Part shown: one piece after another, positions 22,523-30,821 of the stretch | Numbering within the stretch: the first letter of the stretch is position 1 | Layout of the letters: the number at the start of each line of letters is the position of its first letter | Origin: Staphylothermus hellenicus DSM 12710 | GTDB taxonomy: Archaea > Thermoproteota > Thermoprotei_A > Sulfolobales > Desulfurococcaceae | Assembly (NCBI RefSeq): GCF_000092465.1 | Contig: NC_014205.1 | Span: 390,001 to 422,000 of the forward strand | Reading direction: 5' to 3' | DNA length: 32,000 nt | Position numbers and translations under genes: made by a program | The notes under the pieces: generated by a model | The model's database searches: none | Told to the model about the DNA's origin: nothing | What the model saw: the letters and a program-made list of their open reading frames with translations, nothing else

Positions 22523-24754
22523 ATGAAACGCTTAAAAGCCTTAACTAGGACAGCATCTGCAACCATAATTATAGTCATAGTAATAATAGGTATTATAGCA
22601 GCATATTATGCTTTCCAAGGTGGAGGACAACAAACAACTACTACTCCTCCATTAACTACTACAACCACGACTTCGCCTACAACCACAACTTCATCGCCCG
22701 CAGCCACAACTACTACAACAACTACTCCAACGGGTCCCAAGGCACTTGTTATTGAAACCAGTCAAGCATACGTGGTTGTTGGGCCGAAGGGAAGTGTTGT
22801 TCCACAGCTTCCCAGTGATAAGAAGATCATTGTTGTTTCATACGAGGTTGATTTAGAAAAGACCAAGCCTATAGAGAATAGTACTGGTTTTGTCGACATT
22901 GATCCAGCTTTTTATAGAAACTATACGGTTGATGCTTTAATTGTAGCTGCTAGGAAAGCAACTGATCCATTTATAAGGTATCAAATATATGAAGCTGTCC
23001 ACAAGCTAAGTAATGAAGAAGCACCAACATTGTGGCTTGGACAATATGTATTGGTGAGAAACCGTTGGAGTTGGTTGCATGGAAGATACTATCACCCCAC
23101 TCTAGCTGAGAGATATGATCTATTATGGGAGGATCCTGATGCACCATCTGTCGCGATAGGTATTGGCGACTATGTTAATGATCAACACACATACTCTATT
23201 ATCACCTTCGGATGGCCTGACACATTTGATCCAGCAGCTGATTATGAGACTTTTGGATGGGAAATATGGCACAACATAGGTGATACACTGGTTACTTATT
23301 GGAAGACTGATACGGAGCATATTGTGCCAGATCTAGCTGTGGCATGGGCTCACAATAAGGAGGGTACTGAATGGTACTTTGTTATAAGGGGTGGTGTAAA
23401 AGCATATGATCCATGGCATGATGTAACCTATGATATATCAGCTGTCGACGTATTGTTCTCTATATGGAGAATTGCTAGACTACAGCTTGATCCAAGCTGG
23501 ATGATAACAGAGTTCCTCGATGTAAACTCCAGTAGTATATTAACAGAGGATGAGTTCAACCAGCTATTGCAGAGCGGTGGATTAGTCGCTGAATATAAGG
23601 GGCAAACTGTTGAGCCAAAGTCCTTGAACGAGTTACTACAGTTATTCGGATATTCTGGAGACACTGCGGGGGTGGTTAAGTTAAAACTATACTATCCCTA
23701 CGGCGCAATACTTAGCATACTAGCTGATCCCTTCACATCAACTATTCCTATGAAATACTTCTTCGATAATGTTGATGAGCTGAAAGGAAAATATGAGCAA
23801 GCATTATCTGATAGTAATAATGGTAAAAACCCATCAGCATGGGCTAACTATATTGGTGTAGGTGAACAAGAACCTACACACCTATATCTACACCAACACC
23901 CTGTAGGAACAGGTCCATACTATATTAAGGAATACGAAGAGAACAGCTACATGGTTCTAGAATATAATCCATACTACTGGAACAAAACACTATGGAACAC
24001 TAGCCCATATGGTGAGAACGGTAAACCTATACATGAAAAAACAATATATTTGATCAACGACGACGCAGTATCCAGAATAGAAATATTAAAGGCTGGACAA
24101 GCAGATATAGGCGCAATACCTCTAGATAGGCTCAAAGACATTGAAGGATACCAATATCCCAACTCAAACCACAAGATAATTGTTGAGAAAGGCGCATTAG
24201 AGCCAACAATAGTTTATATAGTGTTAAACGCTAACAAGGAACCATTCAATAACAAATTAGTTAGACAAGCCTTAATGTATGCTATACCCTTCGACAGGAT
24301 CAAGAATGACGTATATGCTGGATACCTCGAGAGACTATACGGAGTTATCCCAGCAGGATTCCCAGGACACAATGACGACATAGCGACGAAGTACACCTTC
24401 GATCTTGCTAAGGCACAGCAATTGATACAGCAGGCAGGAATTGATCCAACAAAGTACAGCTTCGAAATATGGTATAACTCAGGAAACACGCAGCGTGAGA
24501 AAATTGCAACGCTTCTGCAAACTTACTGGGGACAACTAGGATTCCAAGTAACAGTTAGAGCATTGCAATGGGGAACTTTGCTAACTAAGACCGAGAAAGG
24601 AGACTTCGACGTATACATTATTGGTTGGGCACCAGACTATCTAGATCCAGACAACTATGCTGGACCATTATTCTATGGTGGTACACGATTCAGCATATTA
24701 GAGTTTAAACTAGTAAATTCTGTTAGTGAAGCTCAGCAAGTATTTAGTGGTTGA
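22523..24754 (+). CDS. ABC transporter substrate-binding protein, family 5 (Opp/Dpp-type peptide or oligosaccharide binding), N-terminally membrane-anchored
   Basis: The start is set at ATG 22523: MKRLKALTRTASATIIIVIVIIGIIAAYY (TM anchor). A Thr/Pro stalk follows, then a family-5 body ending with the 'IIGWAPDYLDPDNY' hallmark. The track's 22418 start is an upstream artefact running through the tandem repeat. Confidence 0.85.
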   Translation: MKRLKALTRTASATIIIVIVIIGIIAAYYAFQGGGQQTTTTPPLTTTTTTSPTTTTSSPAATTTTTTTPTGPKALVIETSQAYVVVGPKGSVVPQLPSDKKIIVVSYEVDLEKTKPIENSTGFVDIDPAFYRNYTVDALIVAARKATDPFIRYQIYEAVHKLSNEEAPTLWLGQYVLVRNRWSWLHGRYYHPTLAERYDLLWEDPDAPSVAIGIGDYVNDQHTYSIITFGWPDTFDPAADYETFGWEIWHNIGDTLVTYWKTDTEHIVPDLAVAWAHNKEGTEWYFVIRGGVKAYDPWHDVTYDISAVDVLFSIWRIARLQLDPSWMITEFLDVNSSSILTEDEFNQLLQSGGLVAEYKGQTVEPKSLNELLQLFGYSGDTAGVVKLKLYYPYGAILSILADPFTSTIPMKYFFDNVDELKGKYEQALSDSNNGKNPSAWANYIGVGEQEPTHLYLHQHPVGTGPYYIKEYEENSYMVLEYNPYYWNKTLWNTSPYGENGKPIHEKTIYLINDDAVSRIEILKAGQADIGAIPLDRLKDIEGYQYPNSNHKIIVEKGALEPTIVYIVLNANKEPFNNKLVRQALMYAIPFDRIKNDVYAGYLERLYGVIPAGFPGHNDDIATKYTFDLAKAQQLIQQAGIDPTKYSFEIWYNSGNTQREKIATLLQTYWGQLGFQVTVRALQWGTLLTKTEKGDFDVYIIGWAPDYLDPDNYAGPLFYGGTRFSILEFKLVNSVSEAQQVFSG
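22634..22732 (+). repeat. Thr/Pro-rich low-complexity linker coding region
   Basis: Encodes TTTTPPLTTTTTTSPTTTTSSPAATTTTTTTPT. Confidence 0.8.
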
Positions 24755-24788
24755 CGAGGTGGAAACGAATAAGTCTATTTCAAAAATA

Positions 24789-24795
24789 TTTTTTT
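24789..24795 (+). terminator. T7 tract after the binding-protein gene (candidate attenuating terminator inside the operon)
   Basis: aaaaatattttttta lies about 35 nt after the stop. It is followed by GGAGGG/GGTGGG SD-like boxes before the permease start. Confidence 0.3.
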
Positions 24796-24846
24796 AAGCA
24801 TCAATACTTATTTCTTCTTTTCTAGGAGGGTATTGGTGGGATAGAA

Positions 24847-25845
24847 GTGGCAGAGCTGAAACGTTTTCTTGTACGCCGGTTACTAACATTTATACCTACA
24901 TTAATAGGTGTTACTTTAATAGTTTTCGTAATAGCAGCTGTGATACCAACAGATCCTGCGAGAATGTGGGCTGGAGGCGAAAAAGCTAATCCTAAGGTGG
25001 TGGAGCAGTTAAAGAAAGAATATCATTTAGAGGGAAACATATTTGAAAGATACTATTTCGTAATGTATAAGTTATTTACTAATCAAATGGTTAGCCCTGT
25101 AACTCATCATTACATATGGGATGATCTCGCCAAAAAGTTTCCAGTCACATTACAATTAACAATTATTGCATTTATATATATTATAATAATAGGTATACCT
25201 CTAGGCATACTTGCCGCGCTAAAGAGGGATACATGGGTTGATACATCTGTCCGTATCCTAGCATTAACTGGAGTATCTACTCCTATTTTCTGGCTAGCAT
25301 ATCTATTAATATTCTTGTTCTTCACCCAACTAGGATGGATAACCCTGGCTGGAACACCTAAGCCTCCATACTCATATACAGGTGTTCCATTAATTGATGC
25401 ATCAATACGTTTAGATCTCCCAATGCTAGCCGAGATATTTAAAAGATATTCATTGCCGGGCTTCATACTGGGTTTCATGGGTATAGGTGTTACAGCTAGA
25501 ATTGTGAGGAATAGTTTCTTAGACGCTATGAACGCTGATTATACAGAATACGCCATGGCTAGGGGATTGAAGAAGCTGAGAATTTACCGGCACGTTTTTA
25601 GAAACGCTCTCGTACCCGTAGTGACTGTATTAGGACTACAGTTTGGAGGATTACTCGGAGGCGCACCCATTACTGAGAGAGTTTTCGGATTGCCGGGTCT
25701 CGGAAACTATATGTTGAATGCTATTTATCAATACGACTACCTCGCATTAATGGGTGCAGTATTCTTTGTTGCTATAATATATCTCACAGCCAACCTAATA
25801 GTTGATATACTCTATGCATTCATTGATCCAAGAGTTAGATACTAG
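24847..25845 (+). CDS. Opp/Dpp-type ABC transporter permease (DppB/OppB-like)
   Basis: BPD_transp_1-type membrane protein. The N-terminus 'RFLVRRLLTFIPTLIGVTLIVF' and C-terminus 'DILYAFIDPRVRY' are family hallmarks. Confidence 0.9.
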   Translation: MAELKRFLVRRLLTFIPTLIGVTLIVFVIAAVIPTDPARMWAGGEKANPKVVEQLKKEYHLEGNIFERYYFVMYKLFTNQMVSPVTHHYIWDDLAKKFPVTLQLTIIAFIYIIIIGIPLGILAALKRDTWVDTSVRILALTGVSTPIFWLAYLLIFLFFTQLGWITLAGTPKPPYSYTGVPLIDASIRLDLPMLAEIFKRYSLPGFILGFMGIGVTARIVRNSFLDAMNADYTEYAMARGLKKLRIYRHVFRNALVPVVTVLGLQFGGLLGGAPITERVFGLPGLGNYMLNAIYQYDYLALMGAVFFVAIIYLTANLIVDILYAFIDPRVRY

Positions 25846-25862
25846 GTTCTAGGTGGTAAATT

Positions 25863-27026
25863 ATGAGTGAGGAAGTATATGAGAAGAAAATACTTGATAA
25901 AATAACGGATAAGATAATAGATGGATACGCTAAGTTAATGGATAAGATAAGGCCTGGATGGTATAGAAGAAACAAGGCTAGAGTAGATGAATGGAAACTA
26001 ATGGCTTATGCATTTAATAGATCCCCTCCGGGACTAATCGGTTTCTTCCTAGTTATAATATTCCTAGTTATCGCAATAATCGGTCCCTTCATTGCTCCAT
26101 TCAGCTATGACCTGCCCCTTTCATCATTTGATCAGAAAGCCTACTTGGCTCCTCCAGGCACAGTAATATCAATACCAAATAATAACATAGCAAAATTCTT
26201 CGGAGTCAAGCCGGGAAACTATACACTAGTTCTTGGAGGAGATGATTATGGTAGGGACCTGTTAAGTAGAATACTATATGGTGCTAGAACAAGCCTAGTA
26301 GTAGCTATACTAGTAATGCTTGTAGGACCATGGATCGGGATAGGAATTGGCCTTATAGCAGGCTACTATGGAGGTAAAACAGATGAGACACTAATGAGGC
26401 TTACAGATATATTCCTAGCATTTCCAGGCTTAATACTTGCAATAGCATTCTCTGCTGTACTTCCTCCGAGGATTCAGGATTTCCTAAACGCTAATCCTGC
26501 AATACGTAATTTCTTCCTCTCATTATTCGCTCTAAAACCACAGCATGCAGGTGCAATGGCTTACTTGGTAAGCGTAATAATTGCTTTATGGATAGTTTGG
26601 TGGCCGGGATATGCAAGGCTTGTCCGTGGACAGGTATTATCTGCTAGGGAAAACGTATATGTTGAAGCCGCAAGAGCTCTCGGTGTACCTACTAGATGGA
26701 TACTGCTGAGACACATATTTCCCAATATTCTAGGACCTGTACTAGTATATCTTACACTAGACTTTGGAGGAGTAATATTGACCGAGGCAGGACTTAGCTT
26801 CCTGGGTGTTGGAGCTGTTCCGCCAATAGCTGATTGGGGACGCATAATAAATGATGGATCCCAGTATTTCCCGAACTCGTGGTGGCTAGTATTTTATCCT
26901 GGACTAATGATTTTGCTGACTGTCCTAGGATTCAACCTTATAGGTGATACTCTAAGAGACGTCTTAGACCCTAAGACTCGTAGAAGCGTAGAATTTAAAC
27001 TTAAAAAGAAGAAGGGTGAGAAATAA
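25863..27026 (+). CDS. Opp/Dpp-type ABC transporter permease (DppC/OppC-like)
   Basis: 'LGGDDYGRDLLSRILYGARTSL' and the C-terminal 'GDTLRDVLDPK' are typical OppC/DppC motifs. ATG follows GGTGGT. Confidence 0.9.
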   Translation: MSEEVYEKKILDKITDKIIDGYAKLMDKIRPGWYRRNKARVDEWKLMAYAFNRSPPGLIGFFLVIIFLVIAIIGPFIAPFSYDLPLSSFDQKAYLAPPGTVISIPNNNIAKFFGVKPGNYTLVLGGDDYGRDLLSRILYGARTSLVVAILVMLVGPWIGIGIGLIAGYYGGKTDETLMRLTDIFLAFPGLILAIAFSAVLPPRIQDFLNANPAIRNFFLSLFALKPQHAGAMAYLVSVIIALWIVWWPGYARLVRGQVLSARENVYVEAARALGVPTRWILLRHIFPNILGPVLVYLTLDFGGVILTEAGLSFLGVGAVPPIADWGRIINDGSQYFPNSWWLVFYPGLMILLTVLGFNLIGDTLRDVLDPKTRRSVEFKLKKKKGEK

Positions 27027-28042
27027 TGAGTACAAAATGTGACCCGATCATTGAGGTAAGAGACCTATACGTTAACTTCTACACATATGCTGGAATAGTT
27101 AAGGCAATTGATGGCGTGAGCTTCAAAATATGCCGTGGGGAAACATATTGTCTAGTAGGAGAGACCGGATGCGGTAAATCAGTAACAGCCAAATCACTCA
27201 CCGGACTCATACGATCCCCTGGCAAGATAGAGAAGGGAGAAGTCCTATATTATCCGGAGCCGGGAGCGAAACCAATAAACTTGTTACAGCTCAGCGAAGA
27301 CGATCTCAGAAAGATCCGTGGCTCCGAAATATCATATATTTTCCAAGACCCCTCAGCAAGTCTTGACCCACTATATACTATTGGATACCAAGTATCAGAA
27401 ACAATGTATGAACATGGAAGAATAAAATCAATAAAGGAAGGAATACGCAGAGCTATAGATATACTCCGGAAAGTATTAATGCCTGATCCTGAAACTAGGA
27501 TAAAAAATTATCCTCACGAGCTAAGCGGTGGTATGAAACAGAGAAGTGTTATAGGAATATCTCTCAGCAACAACCCCAAACTAGTAATAGCAGATGAACC
27601 TACAACAGCTCTAGATGCAACTGTTCAAGACCAAATAATGGATCTCTTGAAGAAATTAAAGGAGAAAGAAAACCTAACCGTTCTCCTTATTACTCATAAT
27701 ATGGGGCTTGTCGCGGACATGTGTGATCGTGTTGCTGTAATGTATGCTGGCAGAATAGTTGAAGAGGCAGATGTTTATGAATTATTTAAGAACCCGTATC
27801 ACCCATACACAAAAGCACTGCTTAGAGCAGTTCCAAACCCATTGACTAAGATGGAAAAACTAGAATCAATACCTGGAACTGTTCCAAACCTAATAAATCC
27901 TCCTCAGGGTTGTCGTTTCCATCCAAGATGCCCATATAAAACGGATATATGTGAGAGGGAGAAGCCTCCCGACATATGGGTAGGGCCTGGTCATAGAGTA
28001 TCTTGTTGGCTATATGTTGAGAAAAAAGAGTCTGGAGGGTGA
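27026..28042 (+). CDS. Opp/Dpp-type ABC transporter ATP-binding protein (DppD/OppD-like)
   Basis: Walker A GETGCGKS, signature LSGGMKQR, Walker B ADEPTTALD, and a C-terminal oligopeptide-ATPase domain 'PPQGCRFHPRCPY'. TAATG overlap with the permease gene. Confidence 0.9.
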   Translation: MSTKCDPIIEVRDLYVNFYTYAGIVKAIDGVSFKICRGETYCLVGETGCGKSVTAKSLTGLIRSPGKIEKGEVLYYPEPGAKPINLLQLSEDDLRKIRGSEISYIFQDPSASLDPLYTIGYQVSETMYEHGRIKSIKEGIRRAIDILRKVLMPDPETRIKNYPHELSGGMKQRSVIGISLSNNPKLVIADEPTTALDATVQDQIMDLLKKLKEKENLTVLLITHNMGLVADMCDRVAVMYAGRIVEEADVYELFKNPYHPYTKALLRAVPNPLTKMEKLESIPGTVPNLINPPQGCRFHPRCPYKTDICEREKPPDIWVGPGHRVSCWLYVEKKESGG

Positions 28043-28096
28043 TGGAGAACGGCTAATCCATTATTAAAAGTTGTTGATTTAAAAAAGTATTTCCCA

Positions 28097-29020
28097 GTGA
28101 AGGGAATATTCTTCACGAAAGGCTATGTGAAAGCAGTTGATGGAGTCTCATTCGAGGTTGAGCGTGGGAAAACAATGGGACTTGTAGGAGAGAGTGGTTG
28201 TGGAAAAACAACTGTTGGTAAACTAGTTCTTAGATTATTGAAGCCTACCAGTGGTAAGGTGTATTTTGAAGGAAAAGACATCTATAAACTTAAGGGTAAA
28301 GAACTTAAGGAGTTCCGTAAAAAAGCACAAATGGTTTTCCAAGACCCTTATAGTAGTTTGAATCCTAGAATGACTGTATTTGACATAATCTATGAACCAG
28401 TTAAAGTCTACAAGTTAAAAGTTTCTGATCCAGAGAAATTTATTCTAAACCTATTATATCAGGTAGGCTTAAATGAGTCGCACCTATACCGTTACCCCCA
28501 CGAATTCAGTGGGGGGCAAAGACAGAGAATAGCGATTGCTAGAATATTAGCATTAAACCCTGAATTTATAGTATTAGATGAACCAACATCTGCTCTAGAC
28601 GTATCTGTGCAAGCACAAATTCTGAACTTATTAAAGGAGCTTCAGAGAAAATATAATCTCACATACTTATTTATAAGCCATGATCTAGGAGTTGTCAGAT
28701 ATATGAGTGATTGGATAGCAGTAATGTATCTAGGACAAATAGTTGAATATGGACCTGCCGAGGAAGTATTTGAAAAGCCTCTTCATCCATATACCAAAGC
28801 ATTATTCTCTGCTATACCAATACCTGATCCAGAGATTACTAGGAAGAGGGAGAAATTAAGGGTTCCAGGAGAACCACCTAGCCCAATAAATCCTCCTCAG
28901 GGTTGTCGTTTCCATCCAAGATGCCCATTCAAAATGGATATATGTGAAAAAACAGAGCCGGAGCTTATAGAGTATGAGAAAGATCACTTTGTCAAGTGCC
29001 ATCTATATAGTAGGAAATAG
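28097..29020 (+). CDS. Opp/Dpp-type ABC transporter ATP-binding protein (DppF/OppF-like); first canonical start GTG 28097, but family-like N-terminus continues upstream to 28043
   Basis: Walker A GESGCGKTT, signature FSGGQRQR, Walker B LDEPTSALD, C-terminal 'PPQGCRFHPRCPF'. Upstream in the same frame the sequence reads WRTANPLLKVVDLKKYFPV with no ATG/GTG/TTG. Confidence 0.85.
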   Translation: MKGIFFTKGYVKAVDGVSFEVERGKTMGLVGESGCGKTTVGKLVLRLLKPTSGKVYFEGKDIYKLKGKELKEFRKKAQMVFQDPYSSLNPRMTVFDIIYEPVKVYKLKVSDPEKFILNLLYQVGLNESHLYRYPHEFSGGQRQRIAIARILALNPEFIVLDEPTSALDVSVQAQILNLLKELQRKYNLTYLFISHDLGVVRYMSDWIAVMYLGQIVEYGPAEEVFEKPLHPYTKALFSAIPIPDPEITRKREKLRVPGEPPSPINPPQGCRFHPRCPFKMDICEKTEPELIEYEKDHFVKCHLYSRK

Positions 29021-29023
29021 TTT

Positions 29024-30793
29024 TTATTGAGGCAATATAGTTAACAGGATATCGCCGGCTTCAACATCATCTCCTTCCTTAGCCATTATTTTCTCGACAA
29101 CACCACTAGTAGGCGCTAATATATCGGTTGACATCTTCATAGATTCCAATACAACTACTTTGTCTCCTTTAACAACTTTATCTCCGGGCTTAACCAGTAT
29201 CTTCAATATCTTCCCAGCCATCGGAGCCTTCACTGGTTCCCCTCTATAACTAGTTTCACTACCAGTTATAGAGGCGGGTGTTGTTATGGATGATGCTGGG
29301 GCTCCAGCTGGTTGAACAGGGGCTATGGTGGGGATGGGAGCTATAGACTTAATAATGTCTATGTTTACACCCTCAACTCCAACAACATATTCTTGCCCAT
29401 CAATATATAACTTGATAACTTTCCTGGGCTTCTCCTCTTTAACAACAGGTTTTTCAATCTCTCCCCTCTTTCTTGCCTCGAAGAATTCTAGAGCTGTTTC
29501 TGGGAATAAACAATAGGTTAGTATATCTTCTTCTTTCTCCAAATATCCTTTCTCAACCAGTACGCTTCTACACTTATCAAGCATGGGCTCCAATAGATCT
29601 GCTGGTCTAACGGTTACCGGCTTCTCATCTCCTAGAATAAGCTTTTTGATCTCCTCCTTAATTGGTGCAGGGGGTCTACCATATAAGCCTTTAACATAGT
29701 TCTTGGTCTCCTTAGGTATGACCTTGTATCTTCCAAACAATACATTGAGAACTGCTTGTGTGCCAACTATTTGTGATAATGGAGTAACTAGTGGGGGCCA
29801 CCCAAGTTCTTCTCTTACTCGAGGAACTTCTTCGAGGACAGCGTCTAATTTGTCTAGAGCGTTTTGTTCTCTAAGTTGAGCTATTAGGTTAGAGAACATT
29901 CCACCGGGTATTTGATGTATGATCACGTTCGGGTTTGGTAATAGTATTCTCCAATTTAAAAGATGCTGGTATTTTTCCTCGATAAACTTTACGAGTTTTT
30001 TCGATATCTTATCTATGATATCTAGTCGAATACTTGGTCTTTTATCTGGTGGTAATGCATAATATATTGTTTGTATTCCTGGCTGAGCGGTTCCGAATGC
30101 TAGGGGCGATATTGCTGTATCTATATAGTCTGCTCCCGCCTTCACGCTTTCTAGATAGGTTGCAACAGCTAATCCCGCTGTTGCATGTGTATGGACATTT
30201 ACGGGGACTTTGAATTCTTTCTTCAATGCTGATACTAGCTCGTATGCTTTATGAGGTTCTAGTATGCCGGCCATGTCTTTAATTGTTATCATGTCTACAT
30301 CCATTGCGAGAAGCTCCTCTGCGAATTTGAGATAGTAATCGATTGTGTGGACAGGGCTTATAGTGTAGCACATGGCTCCCTGAACAATTGCTCCTACCTC
30401 TTTAGCTTTCCTAATACTAGTCTTCATGTTTCTTGGATCATTTAATGCATCAAATACTCTGAAAATATCTATTCCATTCTTATATGCTAGCTCAACAAAT
30501 TTCTCCACAACATCGTCGGGGTAATGCCTGTAGCCTACAAGGTTTTGTCCTCGAAGAAGCATTTGAAGCTTTGTATTCTTTACATTTTCACGTATAAGTC
30601 TAAGCCTTTCCCAGGGGTCTTCTCGTAGAAACCTTATGGCGGCATCAAATGTTGCTCCACCCCATACTTCTAAACTATAGAATCCAGCCTTATCTATTAG
30701 ATCAGCTATTTCCAGTATATCTCTTGTGCGGAAACGGGTTGCTAGAAGCGATTGATGAGCGTCTCGAAGCGTTGTATCTATTATCTTAACCAT
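29024..30793 (-). CDS. Biotin-dependent carboxyltransferase + biotin carrier subunit (pyruvate carboxylase subunit B / oxaloacetate decarboxylase alpha type)
   Basis: The N-terminus 'IIDTTLRDAHQSLLATR' is the HMGL-like carboxyltransferase start. A Pro/Ala linker follows, then a C-terminal biotinyl domain 'VVVLESMKMSTDILAP' (the MKM biotinylation site). Confidence 0.9.
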   Translation of the reverse strand: MVKIIDTTLRDAHQSLLATRFRTRDILEIADLIDKAGFYSLEVWGGATFDAAIRFLREDPWERLRLIRENVKNTKLQMLLRGQNLVGYRHYPDDVVEKFVELAYKNGIDIFRVFDALNDPRNMKTSIRKAKEVGAIVQGAMCYTISPVHTIDYYLKFAEELLAMDVDMITIKDMAGILEPHKAYELVSALKKEFKVPVNVHTHATAGLAVATYLESVKAGADYIDTAISPLAFGTAQPGIQTIYYALPPDKRPSIRLDIIDKISKKLVKFIEEKYQHLLNWRILLPNPNVIIHQIPGGMFSNLIAQLREQNALDKLDAVLEEVPRVREELGWPPLVTPLSQIVGTQAVLNVLFGRYKVIPKETKNYVKGLYGRPPAPIKEEIKKLILGDEKPVTVRPADLLEPMLDKCRSVLVEKGYLEKEEDILTYCLFPETALEFFEARKRGEIEKPVVKEEKPRKVIKLYIDGQEYVVGVEGVNIDIIKSIAPIPTIAPVQPAGAPASSITTPASITGSETSYRGEPVKAPMAGKILKILVKPGDKVVKGDKVVVLESMKMSTDILAPTSGVVEKIMAKEGDDVEAGDILLTILPQ

Positions 30794-30821
30794 TAATATC
30801 CCACCCTGAAAACCTGCTATG

